Shown: positions 35,253 through 45,147 of the stretch, in pieces
Position numbering within the stretch: the first letter of the stretch is position 1
How the letters are laid out: each line of letters starts with the position of its first letter
NCBI GenBank assembly: GCA_945861755.1
Contig: CAMAVQ010000004.1
Span: 15,086 to 79,085, forward strand
From: Gemmatimonas phototrophica
GTDB lineage: Bacteria > Latescibacterota > UBA2968 > UBA8231
Length of the DNA: 64,000 nucleotides
Reading direction: 5' to 3'
Notes under the pieces: model-generated
What the model was told of the DNA's origin: nothing
Database searches by the model: none
Seen by the model: only the letters and a program-made list of their open reading frames with translations
Made by a program: the position numbers and the translations under genes

Positions 35253-36263
35253 ATGATCAAAGAAGCCATCCAGCAACTGATCGACCGGAAAAACCTCAGC
35301 CGCGAGACGGCCCGGCAGGTCATGGACCAGATCATGAGCGGCCAGACCACCGACGCCCAGATCGCCGGCTTCCTAGTGGCCCTGCGCTGCAAAGGCGAGA
35401 CCGCCGAGGAGATCGCCGGCTGCGCCGAAGCCATGCGCCAGAAGGCCACCCCCATCCACACCAGCCGCCAGCCCCTGATCGACACCTGCGGCACCGGCGG
35501 CGACGGGTCGGGCACCTTCAACATCTCCACCACTGTGGCCTTTGTGGCTGCCGGTGCCGGCCTAGGCGTGGCCAAACACGGCAACCGGGCCATGTCCAGC
35601 CAGTGCGGCTCGGCCGATGTACTCCAGGCCCTGGGCGTCAACGTGGAGATCAGCCCCGAGCAGGTGGGCGCCTGCCTCGACGAGGCCGGCATCGGCTTCC
35701 TCTTTGCCCCCAAATTGCACGGGGCGATGAAACACGCCATCGGCCCGCGCCGCGAGTTGGGCACCCGCACCGTCTTCAACGCCCTGGGGCCCCTGACCAA
35801 TCCAGCCGGAGCCCGCCGCCAGCTCATCGGCGTGTACAGCGGCAACCTCACCGAGAAGCTGGCCCAGGTGCTCAAGGCCCTGGGCTCGGAACGGGCCTTG
35901 GTGGTCCACGGCAGCGACGGCCTCGACGAACTCACCCTCACCGGCCCCTCCCAGGTAGCCGAGCTGAAGGAGGGCCAGGTCTCCACCTACGAGGTGCACC
36001 CCGAAGAATTCGGGCTCAAGACCGCCCCCGCCGCTGCCCTCAAGGGGGGCGACGCCCCGCACAACGCCCAGATTCTCAGCGCGGTGCTCAAGGGCGAGCA
36101 AGGGCCGCCGCGCGATATCGTGCTGCTCAATGCCGCTGCCGCCATCCTCGCCGGTGGCCTGGCCGCCGATCTGAACGAGGGTGTAGAACTGGCCCGTCAA
36201 TCCCTCGCCTCCGGCAAAGCCCTAGAGGCCCTGGAAAAGCTCAGGCAGGTGAGCAACCGGTGA
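35253..36263 (+). CDS. trpD: Anthranilate phosphoribosyltransferase
   Basis: 336 aa. DTCGTGGDG, FNISTT, KHGNRAMSS, GPLTNP. Confidence 0.93.
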   Translation: MIKEAIQQLIDRKNLSRETARQVMDQIMSGQTTDAQIAGFLVALRCKGETAEEIAGCAEAMRQKATPIHTSRQPLIDTCGTGGDGSGTFNISTTVAFVAAGAGLGVAKHGNRAMSSQCGSADVLQALGVNVEISPEQVGACLDEAGIGFLFAPKLHGAMKHAIGPRRELGTRTVFNALGPLTNPAGARRQLIGVYSGNLTEKLAQVLKALGSERALVVHGSDGLDELTLTGPSQVAELKEGQVSTYEVHPEEFGLKTAPAAALKGGDAPHNAQILSAVLKGEQGPPRDIVLLNAAAAILAGGLAADLNEGVELARQSLASGKALEALEKLRQVSNR

Positions 36264-37045
36264 ACGGCCGCGACATTCTCCAGGAGATCGCCACCTACAA
36301 ACGCGAGGTGGTGCAGCGCGACAAACACCTGCACTCCCTAGCCGACCTGCGCCACGCCGCTGCCGACGCCCCGCCCCCCCTCGACTTTGCCGACGCTCTG
36401 CGGGGGGAGGAAGTGGCACTGATCGCCGAAATCAAGAAAGCCTCCCCTTCCAAGGGCCTCATCCGCGCCGATTTCGACCCTGAGCGCATCGCCGCCACCT
36501 ATGCCGAGCAGGGGGCGCGGGCGCTTTCGGTGCTGACCGACGAGGCTTATTTTCAAGGGTGCAACGAGTACTTACAGGCGGCCCGCAGGGTAGCCGGGCT
36601 GCCGACACTGCGCAAGGACTTCACCCTGGACCCGTACCAGCTCTACCAAGCCCGGGTACTGGGCGCCGACGCAGTCTTATTGATCGTGGCATTGATGGAC
36701 GGCAGCCAGTTGGAGGACTTCCTCGGTCTGGCCGCCGAGTTGGCCCTGGCCGCCCTGGTGGAGGTACACACCCGCGCCGAGGCCGAGCGGGCCGTGCAGG
36801 CGGGCGCCGGGCTGGTGGGGGTCAACAACCGCGACCTCAAGACTTTCAAGACCACCCTGGACACCACCTTTGAACTCTTCCCCCTGCTTCCGGAGGGGTG
36901 CCTGAAAGTGAGCGAGAGCGGCATCAATACCCGCGCCGATGTGGAACGCCTGCAGGAAGCCGGCGCCGACGCCATCCTGGTGGGCGAAGCCCTGATGCGG
37001 GAGGCGGACATCGGCGCTAAAGTCAGAGAGCTGTTGGGACGATGA
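36260..37045 (+). CDS. trpC: Indole-3-glycerol-phosphate synthase
   Basis: GTG 36260 overlaps the trpD stop (GTGA). IAEIKKASPSKG, SVLTDEAYFQG, LRKDF, VEVH, GVNNRDL, SESGI. Confidence 0.9.
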   Translation: MNGRDILQEIATYKREVVQRDKHLHSLADLRHAAADAPPPLDFADALRGEEVALIAEIKKASPSKGLIRADFDPERIAATYAEQGARALSVLTDEAYFQGCNEYLQAARRVAGLPTLRKDFTLDPYQLYQARVLGADAVLLIVALMDGSQLEDFLGLAAELALAALVEVHTRAEAERAVQAGAGLVGVNNRDLKTFKTTLDTTFELFPLLPEGCLKVSESGINTRADVERLQEAGADAILVGEALMREADIGAKVRELLGR

Positions 37046-38025
37046 AAAAACGCGTTTTCTCGGGCATCAAACCTTCGGGCAGCCTGCACCTGGGCAACTA
37101 CCTGGGGGCTATCCGCAACTGGGTGGCCGACCAGCACCAATGCGAAAACATCTTCTGCGTAGTGGATCAGCACGCCCTCACCGTCGACTACGAGCCGGCT
37201 GCCCTGCGCCAGAACGTGCGCGAACTGGTGGGCCTGTACCTGGCCTGCGGCCTCGATCCCGCACAGTGCGCCCTCTTTGTGCAATCCCATGTGCCCGAGC
37301 ACACCGAGCTGGCCTGGCTCTTCAACTGTATCACCCCCATGGGCTGGCTGCAGCGCATGACCCAGTTCAAGGAAAAATCCGAGGACTTGCGCGAACAGGT
37401 CAGCGCCGGACTCTTCACCTATCCCACGCTGATGGCCGCCGACATCCTGCTCTACCAGACCCAGGAAGTGCCGGTGGGCGACGACCAGAAGCAGCATGTA
37501 GAACTGGCCCGCGACATTGCCCAGCGCTTCAACCATCTCTTCGGGGAGACCTTTGTGTTGCCCGAGCCGGTGATCCGCAAGGTGGCGGCGCGGGTGATGG
37601 GCCTGGACGATCCGAGCAAGAAGATGTCCAAGTCCACCACCAGCGACAGCCACGGCATCGGGCTGCTCGACCCGCCGGCCCTGATCCGCAAGAAGTTGAG
37701 CCGGGCCACCACCGACTCGCAGCGCGAGATTGTCTTCGACCGCGAGCGCCCCGGGGTCTTCAATCTGTTGACCATCTTTCAGGCCCTCTCCGGCCAGAGC
37801 CAGGAAGAGATCGCCGCCCACTTCGAAGACAAGGGCTACGCCCAGCTCAAGGGCGACCTGGCCGACCTGGTGGTCGCCACCCTCGAACCGATCCAGGCCC
37901 GCTATCGCCAGATCACCAGTGAACCCGAACAAATCGACCAGATCCTGGCCCAGGGCGTGACGCGGCTGCGCCCCCTGGTCGATGCCACCATGACCCGCGT
38001 GCGCCACGCCATGGGGCTGAGGTAG
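37042..38025 (+). CDS. trpS: Tryptophan--tRNA ligase
   Basis: 327 aa. FSGIKPSGSLHLGNYLG (HIGH-type) and KMSKS. ATGA overlap with trpC. Confidence 0.93.
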   Translation: MKKRVFSGIKPSGSLHLGNYLGAIRNWVADQHQCENIFCVVDQHALTVDYEPAALRQNVRELVGLYLACGLDPAQCALFVQSHVPEHTELAWLFNCITPMGWLQRMTQFKEKSEDLREQVSAGLFTYPTLMAADILLYQTQEVPVGDDQKQHVELARDIAQRFNHLFGETFVLPEPVIRKVAARVMGLDDPSKKMSKSTTSDSHGIGLLDPPALIRKKLSRATTDSQREIVFDRERPGVFNLLTIFQALSGQSQEEIAAHFEDKGYAQLKGDLADLVVATLEPIQARYRQITSEPEQIDQILAQGVTRLRPLVDATMTRVRHAMGLR

Positions 38026-38032
38026 GGCCGCC

Positions 38033-38296
38033 ATGGATCTGAGCGAATGGCGGGCCCGCATCGACGCGGTGGATCAGCAACTAGTGGACCTGCTCAACCA
38101 GCGCTTGCAGTACGTGCTGGAGATCGGCCGGCTCAAACGCGAGCACGGCCGGCCCGTCCAGGACCGCGAGCGGGAAAGAGCCATCCTCGAACGGCTCAGC
38201 GCCTACAACCAGGGACCGCTCAGCACCCAGGCCATCGAGGACCTCTTCAACCGCATTATGCAAGAAGCCCGCCACCTCGAAGAAGGGCAGGCATGA
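38033..38296 (+). CDS. Chorismate mutase, AroQ class (monofunctional)
   Basis: 87 aa. WRARIDAVDQQLVDLLNQRL...GRLK...VQDRERE pattern. Confidence 0.85.
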   Translation: MDLSEWRARIDAVDQQLVDLLNQRLQYVLEIGRLKREHGRPVQDRERERAILERLSAYNQGPLSTQAIEDLFNRIMQEARHLEEGQA

Positions 38297-38300
38297 CCTG

Positions 38301-39410
38301 TTGGAGGATCTAGTCTTCTTCAAGCGCATTGCCATCGTCGGGGTGGGGCTGATCGGCGGCTCCCTGGGCCTGGCCCTCAAGCGGCTGGGCCACCCGGCCC
38401 GCCTGGTGGGGGTCAGCCGGCCCGAGACCATCGCCCAGGCCCTGGAGCTGGGGGTCATCGATGAGGGCTTTGACTACCCCGATCTGGCCAAGGCCCTCGA
38501 CGGGGCCGACCTAGTCGTGCTGTGTACGCCCATCCAGCGCATCCTCTCCCTGTTAGAAGAAGTGGGCCGCTGCGCCGCCCCCGGTGCCCTGATCACCGAC
38601 GTGGGCAGCACCAAGCGCCGCATCGGGGCCCAGGCCGCCGCCCAGCTGCGCCCCGACCTTCACTTTGTGGGCGGCCATCCCATGGCCGGCTCCGAAAAGG
38701 CCGGGGTCAGCGCCGCCGATCCCTTCCTCTTTCAGAACGCCATCTACATCCTGGTGCCCGGCGGCGCAGTACCCGCGCCGCTCTACGGGGCCCTGGTGCA
38801 ATTGCTCAGGGAGGTGGGTGCCAAGGTGCTGGAACTCGACGCCGAAACCCACGACGAGGTGGTGGCCGCCATCAGCCACCTGCCGCAGATGATCGCCACT
38901 TCTCTAGTGGAAATGGTGGGCCGGCTCCACGAGGGAAAGGGCTATTTCCTCACCTTGGCCGCCGGCGGCTTCCGCGATTTGACCCGCATCGCCTCCAGCC
39001 CGTACGCCCCGGTGTGGCAGGACATCTGCCGCACCAACGAGGACCAGATCGGCCGCATGATCGACCAGTACATCGCCCTTCTTCAAGATATGCGCGGTCG
39101 TATTGCCGACCCGAGCCTGGGACAGGATTTCGCCTTTGCCAATCACACCCGCAACCGCATCCCGCGCGACGCCAAGGGTTTCATCCACACCCTCTCCGAG
39201 ATCCTGGTGGTGGCCGAGGACAAACCTGGAATCATCGGCCAGATCGCCCAGGCACTGGCGCACGAAAAAATCAACATCAACGACATCGAGGTGATGAAGG
39301 TGAGGGAAGGGGAGGGCGGCACCCTGCGCCTGGGATTCGACAGCCAGCCGGCCGCCGATCGCGCACTGGACGTGTTGGCCAGCCTGGGTTACCAGGCCAG
39401 GAGGCGCTAG
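38301..39410 (+). CDS. tyrA: Prephenate dehydrogenase with C-terminal ACT domain
   Basis: 369 aa, TTG start. IAIVGVGLIGGS, DVGSTK, GGHPMAGSE. ACT-like C-terminus ILVVAEDKPGIIGQIAQAL. Confidence 0.9.
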   Translation: MEDLVFFKRIAIVGVGLIGGSLGLALKRLGHPARLVGVSRPETIAQALELGVIDEGFDYPDLAKALDGADLVVLCTPIQRILSLLEEVGRCAAPGALITDVGSTKRRIGAQAAAQLRPDLHFVGGHPMAGSEKAGVSAADPFLFQNAIYILVPGGAVPAPLYGALVQLLREVGAKVLELDAETHDEVVAAISHLPQMIATSLVEMVGRLHEGKGYFLTLAAGGFRDLTRIASSPYAPVWQDICRTNEDQIGRMIDQYIALLQDMRGRIADPSLGQDFAFANHTRNRIPRDAKGFIHTLSEILVVAEDKPGIIGQIAQALAHEKININDIEVMKVREGEGGTLRLGFDSQPAADRALDVLASLGYQARRR

Positions 39411-40690
39411 TGGAACGCATTGTGCGCCCGGCGCGCAAGCTGGCCGGCGAAGCCACCGTCCCCGGCGAACTGGAGAGCGCCTCCCAGGCCCTGGTGCTGG
39501 CGGCCTTGGCCCAGGGCGAAAGTCGCATCCGCAATGCGCCCCTCTCCTGCCAGCGGCTGGTGGGGTTGCTGCGCGATCTGGGCATCGCCATCACCGAAGA
39601 GCCCGGAGTGCTGGTGGTCCAGGGACGGGGCCGGCTCGGCTTCAGCGCCCCTCGCGACACCGTGAACCTAGAAGGACTGGGCGAGGAAGCCCTATACTTG
39701 CTGGCCCTGCTCTGCGGCCAGGAGTTCAGCACCCGCGTGTATTTGGGCGAGGCCCAGGAAGAGGGCCGGCAGTTGCTAACCGCCCTCGCCCCGGCCGGGG
39801 TGGAGACCCGCAGCGAAACACAGCACCTGTGGCTGGTGGGCGGCGGGTCGCCCCTGCAACCCATCACCCATGCGGCCGCCGAACTGAGCGCCGGGATCAA
39901 AACGGCCCTCTTGGTGGCGGGCCTCTACGCCCAGGGCACCACGGTCCTGCGCGAATTGCTCAAGACCGGCGAACGGGCAGAGCGCCCCCTGCGCCAGTGG
40001 GGCGCCGAGGTGCTGCGCCGCCGGCAGGACAGCGAGGGCGAGTGGGCCCTCTCCATCGAAGGCGGGCAGGAGTTGCAGGCGCGGGAGCTGGAGATCGCCG
40101 GAGCCCCCCCCCTGGCTCTTCCTCTAGTAGTGGCGGCCCTGGGGCTGCGGCGTTCGGAGCTGCGCCTGCGGCGGCTGGCCCTGCGCCCGGGACGCCGCTT
40201 CTTTTTTGATCTGCTGCGCCAGCTGGGCGCCCCACTCACATTAGAAGAAAATGACGACGGCACCACCGACGTGCTGGTGCGCGCGGGCAAACTCAAACCC
40301 ACCCGCATCGCCGGACAGCGCGCCGAGAAATTACTCGACCAGGTGCCACTGCTGGCGGTGATGGCCACCCAGACCGAAGGGGAGTTTGTCATCCGCGACG
40401 TCGAGATGCTGCGCCAGGGCAAATCCGACTACCTGGCCCACCTGGTCCAACAGCTGCGCCTCATCGAGGCCAAGGTGGGCGAATTCCCCGAAGGCCTGGT
40501 CGTCGAGGGCGGGTACCCGCTCAAGGGCGCGGCCATCGATACCCGCGGGGATGCCGGCCTGTGTTTTGCCTTTGCCGTGGCCGGACTGTGGGCCGAGGGC
40601 GAGATGACCCTCTCTGACACCCGGGGCGTGGAGGAGGTCTTTCCGGCTTTCTTCCCGACCTTGGAAAAACTCCAGGAGCGCAAAAAATGA
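39410..40690 (+). CDS. EPSP-synthase (AroA) fold homolog lacking the canonical catalytic/substrate-binding motifs; probable pseudoenzyme or neofunctionalised paralog
   Basis: 426 aa. GTG 39410 overlaps the tyrA stop. It aligns along its full length with class II EPSPS, but the motifs are replaced: PGDKSISHR to PGELESASQ, GNAATGCR to EGLGEEAL, GDASLTKRPM to GEAQEEGRQL, TRDHTE to TGERAE, PGDPSS to AGAPPL, ELRVKESDR to EMLRQGKSDY, DHRIAM to GDAGLC. Confidence 0.75.
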   Translation: MERIVRPARKLAGEATVPGELESASQALVLAALAQGESRIRNAPLSCQRLVGLLRDLGIAITEEPGVLVVQGRGRLGFSAPRDTVNLEGLGEEALYLLALLCGQEFSTRVYLGEAQEEGRQLLTALAPAGVETRSETQHLWLVGGGSPLQPITHAAAELSAGIKTALLVAGLYAQGTTVLRELLKTGERAERPLRQWGAEVLRRRQDSEGEWALSIEGGQELQARELEIAGAPPLALPLVVAALGLRRSELRLRRLALRPGRRFFFDLLRQLGAPLTLEENDDGTTDVLVRAGKLKPTRIAGQRAEKLLDQVPLLAVMATQTEGEFVIRDVEMLRQGKSDYLAHLVQQLRLIEAKVGEFPEGLVVEGGYPLKGAAIDTRGDAGLCFAFAVAGLWAEGEMTLSDTRGVEEVFPAFFPTLEKLQERKK

Positions 40691-40827
40691 GGGGACTAAT
40701 TAAGCTGTGCGCGTTGGCCGCCGTGATTTTTGGCGGCGGAGTGGTGCTGATCCGCTGGCGCTACGGGGCCTCCTGGCGCGAGAGCTTGGGCATCGCCGAA
40801 CAATTCGTCGAGGATCTTTTGCCGTGA
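40687..40827 (+). CDS. 46-aa single-pass membrane micro-protein, translationally coupled between the aroA-like gene and aroE
   Basis: Not in the ORF track (under 60 aa). [50 protein letters not shown] overlap with the upstream stop (40687-40690) and GTGA overlap with the aroE start (40824-40827). Confidence 0.5.
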   Translation: MRGLIKLCALAAVIFGGGVVLIRWRYGASWRESLGIAEQFVEDLLP

Positions 40828-41690
40828 TCAGCGGCAAGACCCGGGTGCTAGGCGTCATCGGCCACCCGGTGGAGCACACCTCCTCGCCGGCCATGCACAA
40901 CGCCGCCCTGGCAGCCCTGGGGCTGGACTACGTGTACACCGCCTTTGCGGTGCGGCCCGAGAACCTGGGCCAGGCCATCGCCGGGATGCGCGCCCTGCAG
41001 ATTTGCGGCCTCAATGTGACCGTGCCGCACAAGGTGGGGGTGATGGCCCTGCTCGACGAGGTCTCCCCCGAGGCCCGGGCCATCGGTGCGGTGAACACCA
41101 TCGACCACCGCGAGGGCCGGCTGATCGGGCACAACACCGATGCCTACGGGATAATGCAGAGCCTGCGCCTGGACGGGGGCCTGGAAACCCTGCCCTCGCG
41201 GGTGGCACTGCTGGGGGCCGGCGGCGCAGCACGGGCCATCCTCTATGCTCTATTGCAGCGCCCCGAGGTGGAGCACATCGCCCTGTTCAACCGCACCCCA
41301 GAAAAAGCCGCGGCCCTGGCCGTTACCCTCGATCCAGAGTGCAAGCGGGTCCAGCCCGGAGTATTGGACGCGTCTTCCAGCGACCTGCTGCGCGATACCG
41401 GCCTGCTGATCAACGCCACGGCCATCGGCATGTATCCCCATCCCGACGCCTCGCCCCTGTTAGACCCCGCCTGCCTACACCCAGGCATGGTGGTGCTGGA
41501 CATCGTGTATAATCCGCTCGAAACCCTGCTTCTGCGCCAGGCCCGGCAGGCCGGTGCCCGCCCAGTGGATGGCCTGGGCATGCTGGCCCGGCAGGGGGCG
41601 CGGGCCTTTGCCATCTGGACCGGAGTAGAACCGCCGGTCGAGGTGATGCGGGCTGCGGCGCTAGAACGCCTCGCCAAAGCTGCCAGCTGA
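40824..41690 (+). CDS. aroE: Shikimate dehydrogenase
   Basis: GTG 40824 gives [45 protein letters not shown]. The upstream ATG in the track (40707) adds an Arg-rich extension that is unlikely to be coding. Confidence 0.9.
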   Translation: MISGKTRVLGVIGHPVEHTSSPAMHNAALAALGLDYVYTAFAVRPENLGQAIAGMRALQICGLNVTVPHKVGVMALLDEVSPEARAIGAVNTIDHREGRLIGHNTDAYGIMQSLRLDGGLETLPSRVALLGAGGAARAILYALLQRPEVEHIALFNRTPEKAAALAVTLDPECKRVQPGVLDASSSDLLRDTGLLINATAIGMYPHPDASPLLDPACLHPGMVVLDIVYNPLETLLLRQARQAGARPVDGLGMLARQGARAFAIWTGVEPPVEVMRAAALERLAKAAS

Positions 41691-41759
41691 AAGCGGGTAC
41701 TCGCCGTCGCGCCAGTCTGCCATCGACCATCCCTATCACCTTCACCTGGAGACCCCCCC

Positions 41760-42572
41760 ATGTACACCCTCGCCAACCACCAACTCACCGTCTCTGTCCT
41801 CGACCCTGTGGCCGACCAGGAACGCATGGGCCCCCGCTACTGCACCGGCGGGTACATCTTTCAGATCACCGACCACAAGCTGGGGGACCTACTCAGCGGC
41901 CCCACCTACCCGGACAGCTTCAATGTCTTCGACGGCCAGGGCATTCCCGATGCCTTCAACCTCAGCCCGCTGCGCGACAACTACTCGGCCGACCCCACCA
42001 GCCTGATCGTCGGCATCGGCCTCTGCGACCTGAAAGCCAACAAGGTGCTGGAGTTCTGCAAGTGGGAGGTGAGCCACCAGACCGACCAGGTGCGCATGGT
42101 CACCGAGCAGCGCTTCCAGAGCCACGCCCTGCGCCTGGAACGCACCCTCACCCTGATCGAGCGCACCGTGCGCTCCGAGATTCGGGTGGAGAATCTGGGC
42201 CAGGGATTCCTCAACCTGCGCTGGTTTCCCCATCCCTTCTACCCCCATCCCGAAACCGACGAACTCTTCCGGGTCAACTTCCCGGTGTCCTTTGCGGAAA
42301 GCCAGGGCTACACGCTGGCCCCCAACGGGTACATCTGCCGCAAAGGCCGGCCCTGGCCCGGAGACTCGGCCAAACTAGACCACGAAGGCGACACCAAGCT
42401 GGTGATCCAGCAGCGGCATCCCAAGTTGGGCATGGTGACCGCCACTTGCAGTTTTGCCCCCGACTTCTTCCTGATCTGGGGCAACCCCCGCACCTTCTCG
42501 TGGGAACCCTACCTGGAGCGCAGCCTGCTGGGCAGCCAGGAATACGCCTGGTCCATCGACTACGACTTCTGA
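41760..42572 (+). CDS. Conserved hypothetical protein (270 aa), family not recognised
   Basis: ORF with normal composition, preceded by GGAGA. No motif I can name. Confidence 0.6.
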   Translation: MYTLANHQLTVSVLDPVADQERMGPRYCTGGYIFQITDHKLGDLLSGPTYPDSFNVFDGQGIPDAFNLSPLRDNYSADPTSLIVGIGLCDLKANKVLEFCKWEVSHQTDQVRMVTEQRFQSHALRLERTLTLIERTVRSEIRVENLGQGFLNLRWFPHPFYPHPETDELFRVNFPVSFAESQGYTLAPNGYICRKGRPWPGDSAKLDHEGDTKLVIQQRHPKLGMVTATCSFAPDFFLIWGNPRTFSWEPYLERSLLGSQEYAWSIDYDF

Positions 42573-42596
42573 ACCTCTCCCAATCGCGTTCAAAAT

Positions 42597-42625
42597 TTGC
42601 GCGTATAGGTCCGCCCGACTATTAT
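42597..42625 (+). promoter_or_regulatory. Candidate internal sigma70 promoter upstream of argS (TTGCGC-17 nt-TATTAT)
   Basis: Located in the only AT-rich gap of the operon (42573-42673). Confidence 0.35.
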
Positions 42626-42673
42626 CTATCTGTCTTTTTATTATCGAGTTACCTGACAAGGACCCTCCTATTC

Positions 42674-44407
42674 ATGACCCTCCGCAACCTCTTGGAATCC
42701 CGGCTGGCCCAGGCCCTGCAAAAAGCCGGCGCCCCCGCTGACGCCCCGCCCATGCTGGGCCTGGCCACCCGGCCAGAATTCGGCGACTACCAGGGCAACG
42801 GGGTGATGGGGGCCGCCAAGAGAATGGGCCTCAAGCCGCGGCAGCTGGCCGAGCAGGTGGTGGCCGCCCTGGACCTGGGGGACATCGCCGAAAAGGTGGA
42901 GATCGCCGGCCCGGGTTTCATCAACATCACCCTGAAAAACGAATGGCTGGCCGCCCATCTGGGCCAGGTGCTGGCCGATGAACGCCTGGGCTTGGCTCCG
43001 GCGGCCTCGCCGCAGACCGTGGTGGTGGACTACTCGCATCCCAACCTTGCCAAGGAAATGCACGTCGGCCACCTGCGCAGCACCATCATCGGCGATGCCC
43101 TGGTCCGTATCCTCGAATTTCTCGGGCACCGGGTCATCCGCCACAACCATGTGGGCGACTGGGGCACTCAGTTCGGCATGCTCATCGCCTACCTGGACCA
43201 TCTGGAGCGCGAGGGCCAGGATCTGTCGGGGGAACTGGCCGACCTGGAGGCCTTCTACCGGGCGGCCAAGCAGCGCTTCGACGAGGACGAGGCCTTTGCC
43301 CGCCTCGCCCGGGAGTACGTGGTGCGGCTGCAGGGGGGCGATGCCCACTGCCGGCAGGTGTGGCAGCGTTTCATCGACGAGTCACTGCATCACTGCGAGC
43401 AGGTGTACGCGCGATTGGGCGTCACCCTGAAGCGCGAGGACGTGCGGCCCGAAAGTGCGTACAACGACGACCTAGCGCACGTAGTGGAAGACCTGGACAA
43501 AGCCGGACTGCTGCGCGAATCGCAGGGCGCCCAGTGTGTTTTTCTGGAAGAATTCAAGGACCACGAGGGAGAAATCGCTCCGGTGATCATCCAGAAATCC
43601 GACGGCGGTTACCTCTATGCCACCACCGACCTGGCCGCGGTGCGCTACCGGGCCGGGGAACTGAAGGCCGACCGCATCCTCTACATCGTCGACGCCCGCC
43701 AGGACCTGCACCTGCGCCAGGTCTTTGCCGTGGCCCGCGCCGCCGGCTTTGCCCCGGCCAGCTGCTCGCTGGAACACCATCCTTTTGGCACCATGATGGG
43801 CAAAGACGGCAAACCCTTCCGCACCCGGCAGGGCGGCACGGTCAAGCTGCTGGAGCTGCTGGACGAGGCCGAGGTGCGGGCGTTGGCGCTGGTCTCCGAG
43901 AAGAACCCCGAACTGCCCGAGGCAGAGCGCCGGCACATCGCCCAGGTGGCGGGCATCGGCAGCGTCAAATACGCCGACCTCTCGCTCAACCGCACCACGG
44001 ACTATATCTTCGATTGGGACCGGATGCTGGCCCTGGACGGCAACACCGCCCCCTACCTACAGTACTCCTACACGCGGGTGCAGAGCATTTTCCGCAAGAG
44101 TGGCATAGAAAGCCTCGGGACCCAGCCGGGCCTGCACCTGACCGAAGTGGCCGAACGCAACCTGGCCCTCAGGCTGGCCCAGTTCGCCGAGACGGTGGAG
44201 AGTGTGGCCAGGGAGTGTTATCCCAACATCCTCTGCGCCTATCTCTACAACCTGGCTGAGATCTTCATGCGCTTCTACGAATCCTGCCCGGTGCTCAAGG
44301 CCGAGGAGCCCACCCGCAGCAGCCGGCTCCTGCTCTGCCAGGGCACCGCCCGCACCATCCGCACCGGCCTGGGCCTCTTGGGCATCGAGACCATCGAGCG
44401 GATGTAG
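42674..44407 (+). CDS. argS: Arginine--tRNA ligase
   Basis: ATG 42674 ([11 protein letters not shown]). [20 protein letters not shown] (HIGH), and the DALR anticodon-binding C-terminus ending ...ETIERM. Confidence 0.92.
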   Translation: MTLRNLLESRLAQALQKAGAPADAPPMLGLATRPEFGDYQGNGVMGAAKRMGLKPRQLAEQVVAALDLGDIAEKVEIAGPGFINITLKNEWLAAHLGQVLADERLGLAPAASPQTVVVDYSHPNLAKEMHVGHLRSTIIGDALVRILEFLGHRVIRHNHVGDWGTQFGMLIAYLDHLEREGQDLSGELADLEAFYRAAKQRFDEDEAFARLAREYVVRLQGGDAHCRQVWQRFIDESLHHCEQVYARLGVTLKREDVRPESAYNDDLAHVVEDLDKAGLLRESQGAQCVFLEEFKDHEGEIAPVIIQKSDGGYLYATTDLAAVRYRAGELKADRILYIVDARQDLHLRQVFAVARAAGFAPASCSLEHHPFGTMMGKDGKPFRTRQGGTVKLLELLDEAEVRALALVSEKNPELPEAERRHIAQVAGIGSVKYADLSLNRTTDYIFDWDRMLALDGNTAPYLQYSYTRVQSIFRKSGIESLGTQPGLHLTEVAERNLALRLAQFAETVESVARECYPNILCAYLYNLAEIFMRFYESCPVLKAEEPTRSSRLLLCQGTARTIRTGLGLLGIETIERM

Positions 44408-44434
44408 CCCCGGAGCGCCCGCGAGGGAAAGCTG

Positions 44435-44602
44435 ATGACGCAGAAAAAAATGCGCTGCGACACCTGCGGCAAGGAGACCAAGCAACTGCGGCGAGACGTG
44501 GTGGACGAGGGATACAACGCGCTGAACAAACCGCCGCTGTGGAACTGCGAACAGTGTTACGCGCAGAAGCGCGCCAAGCGGCAGGAGCCCCCGTCGCGGT
44601 GA
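44435..44602 (+). CDS. 55-aa CxxC...CxxC zinc-ribbon micro-protein
   Basis: Not in the ORF track. MTQKKMRCDTCGKETKQLRRDVVDEGYNALNKPPLWNCEQCYAQKRAKRQEPPSR. GAGGGAAAG lies upstream. The stop overlaps the aroK GTG (GTGA). Confidence 0.55.
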   Translation: MTQKKMRCDTCGKETKQLRRDVVDEGYNALNKPPLWNCEQCYAQKRAKRQEPPSR

Positions 44603-45147
44603 AAGGCCCAGTCTTTCTCACTGGCTTCATGGGCACCGGCAAGACCAAGATCGGCCGGCTCCTGGCCCAGCGCCTGGGCCGCGTCTTCGTCGACACCGAC
44701 CACCTGATCGAGGAGCAGGCCGGCCTGAGCATCCCCCAGATCTTCGCCACCCAGGGGGAGGGGCCGTTCCGCCAGCTCGAGCACCAGTGCCTGGCCGAGG
44801 CGGCTGCCCGCCCCGACGCGGTGATCGCCCTGGGCGGGGGTGCCATCGCCCAAGAGCGCAACTGGGAAGTACTCGGCCGGGCCGGGGGCGTGGTGGTCTG
44901 CCTGCAGGCCTCGGTGGATACCATCCTCGAACGAGTCGGCCGCAAGGAGGATCGGCCCCTGCTGGCCGGCCTGAGCCCCCAGGAGAAACGCGCCAAAGTC
45001 GAGCGCCTGCTGGCCGAGCGCGCCCCCTTCTACAACCGGGCGGATATCCAGTTCCACACCAGCGACGAGGTGGACCCCGAAACCACCGCCGACCGCCTGG
45101 CCCAAACTCTGGAGCAGTGGCATGCAGACCATAGCCGTAGCCCTTGA
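44599..45147 (+). CDS. aroK: Shikimate kinase
   Basis: VKGPVFLTGFMGTGKTKIG (Walker A), VDTDHLIE, LGGGA. Confidence 0.9.
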   Translation: MKGPVFLTGFMGTGKTKIGRLLAQRLGRVFVDTDHLIEEQAGLSIPQIFATQGEGPFRQLEHQCLAEAAARPDAVIALGGGAIAQERNWEVLGRAGGVVVCLQASVDTILERVGRKEDRPLLAGLSPQEKRAKVERLLAERAPFYNRADIQFHTSDEVDPETTADRLAQTLEQWHADHSRSP

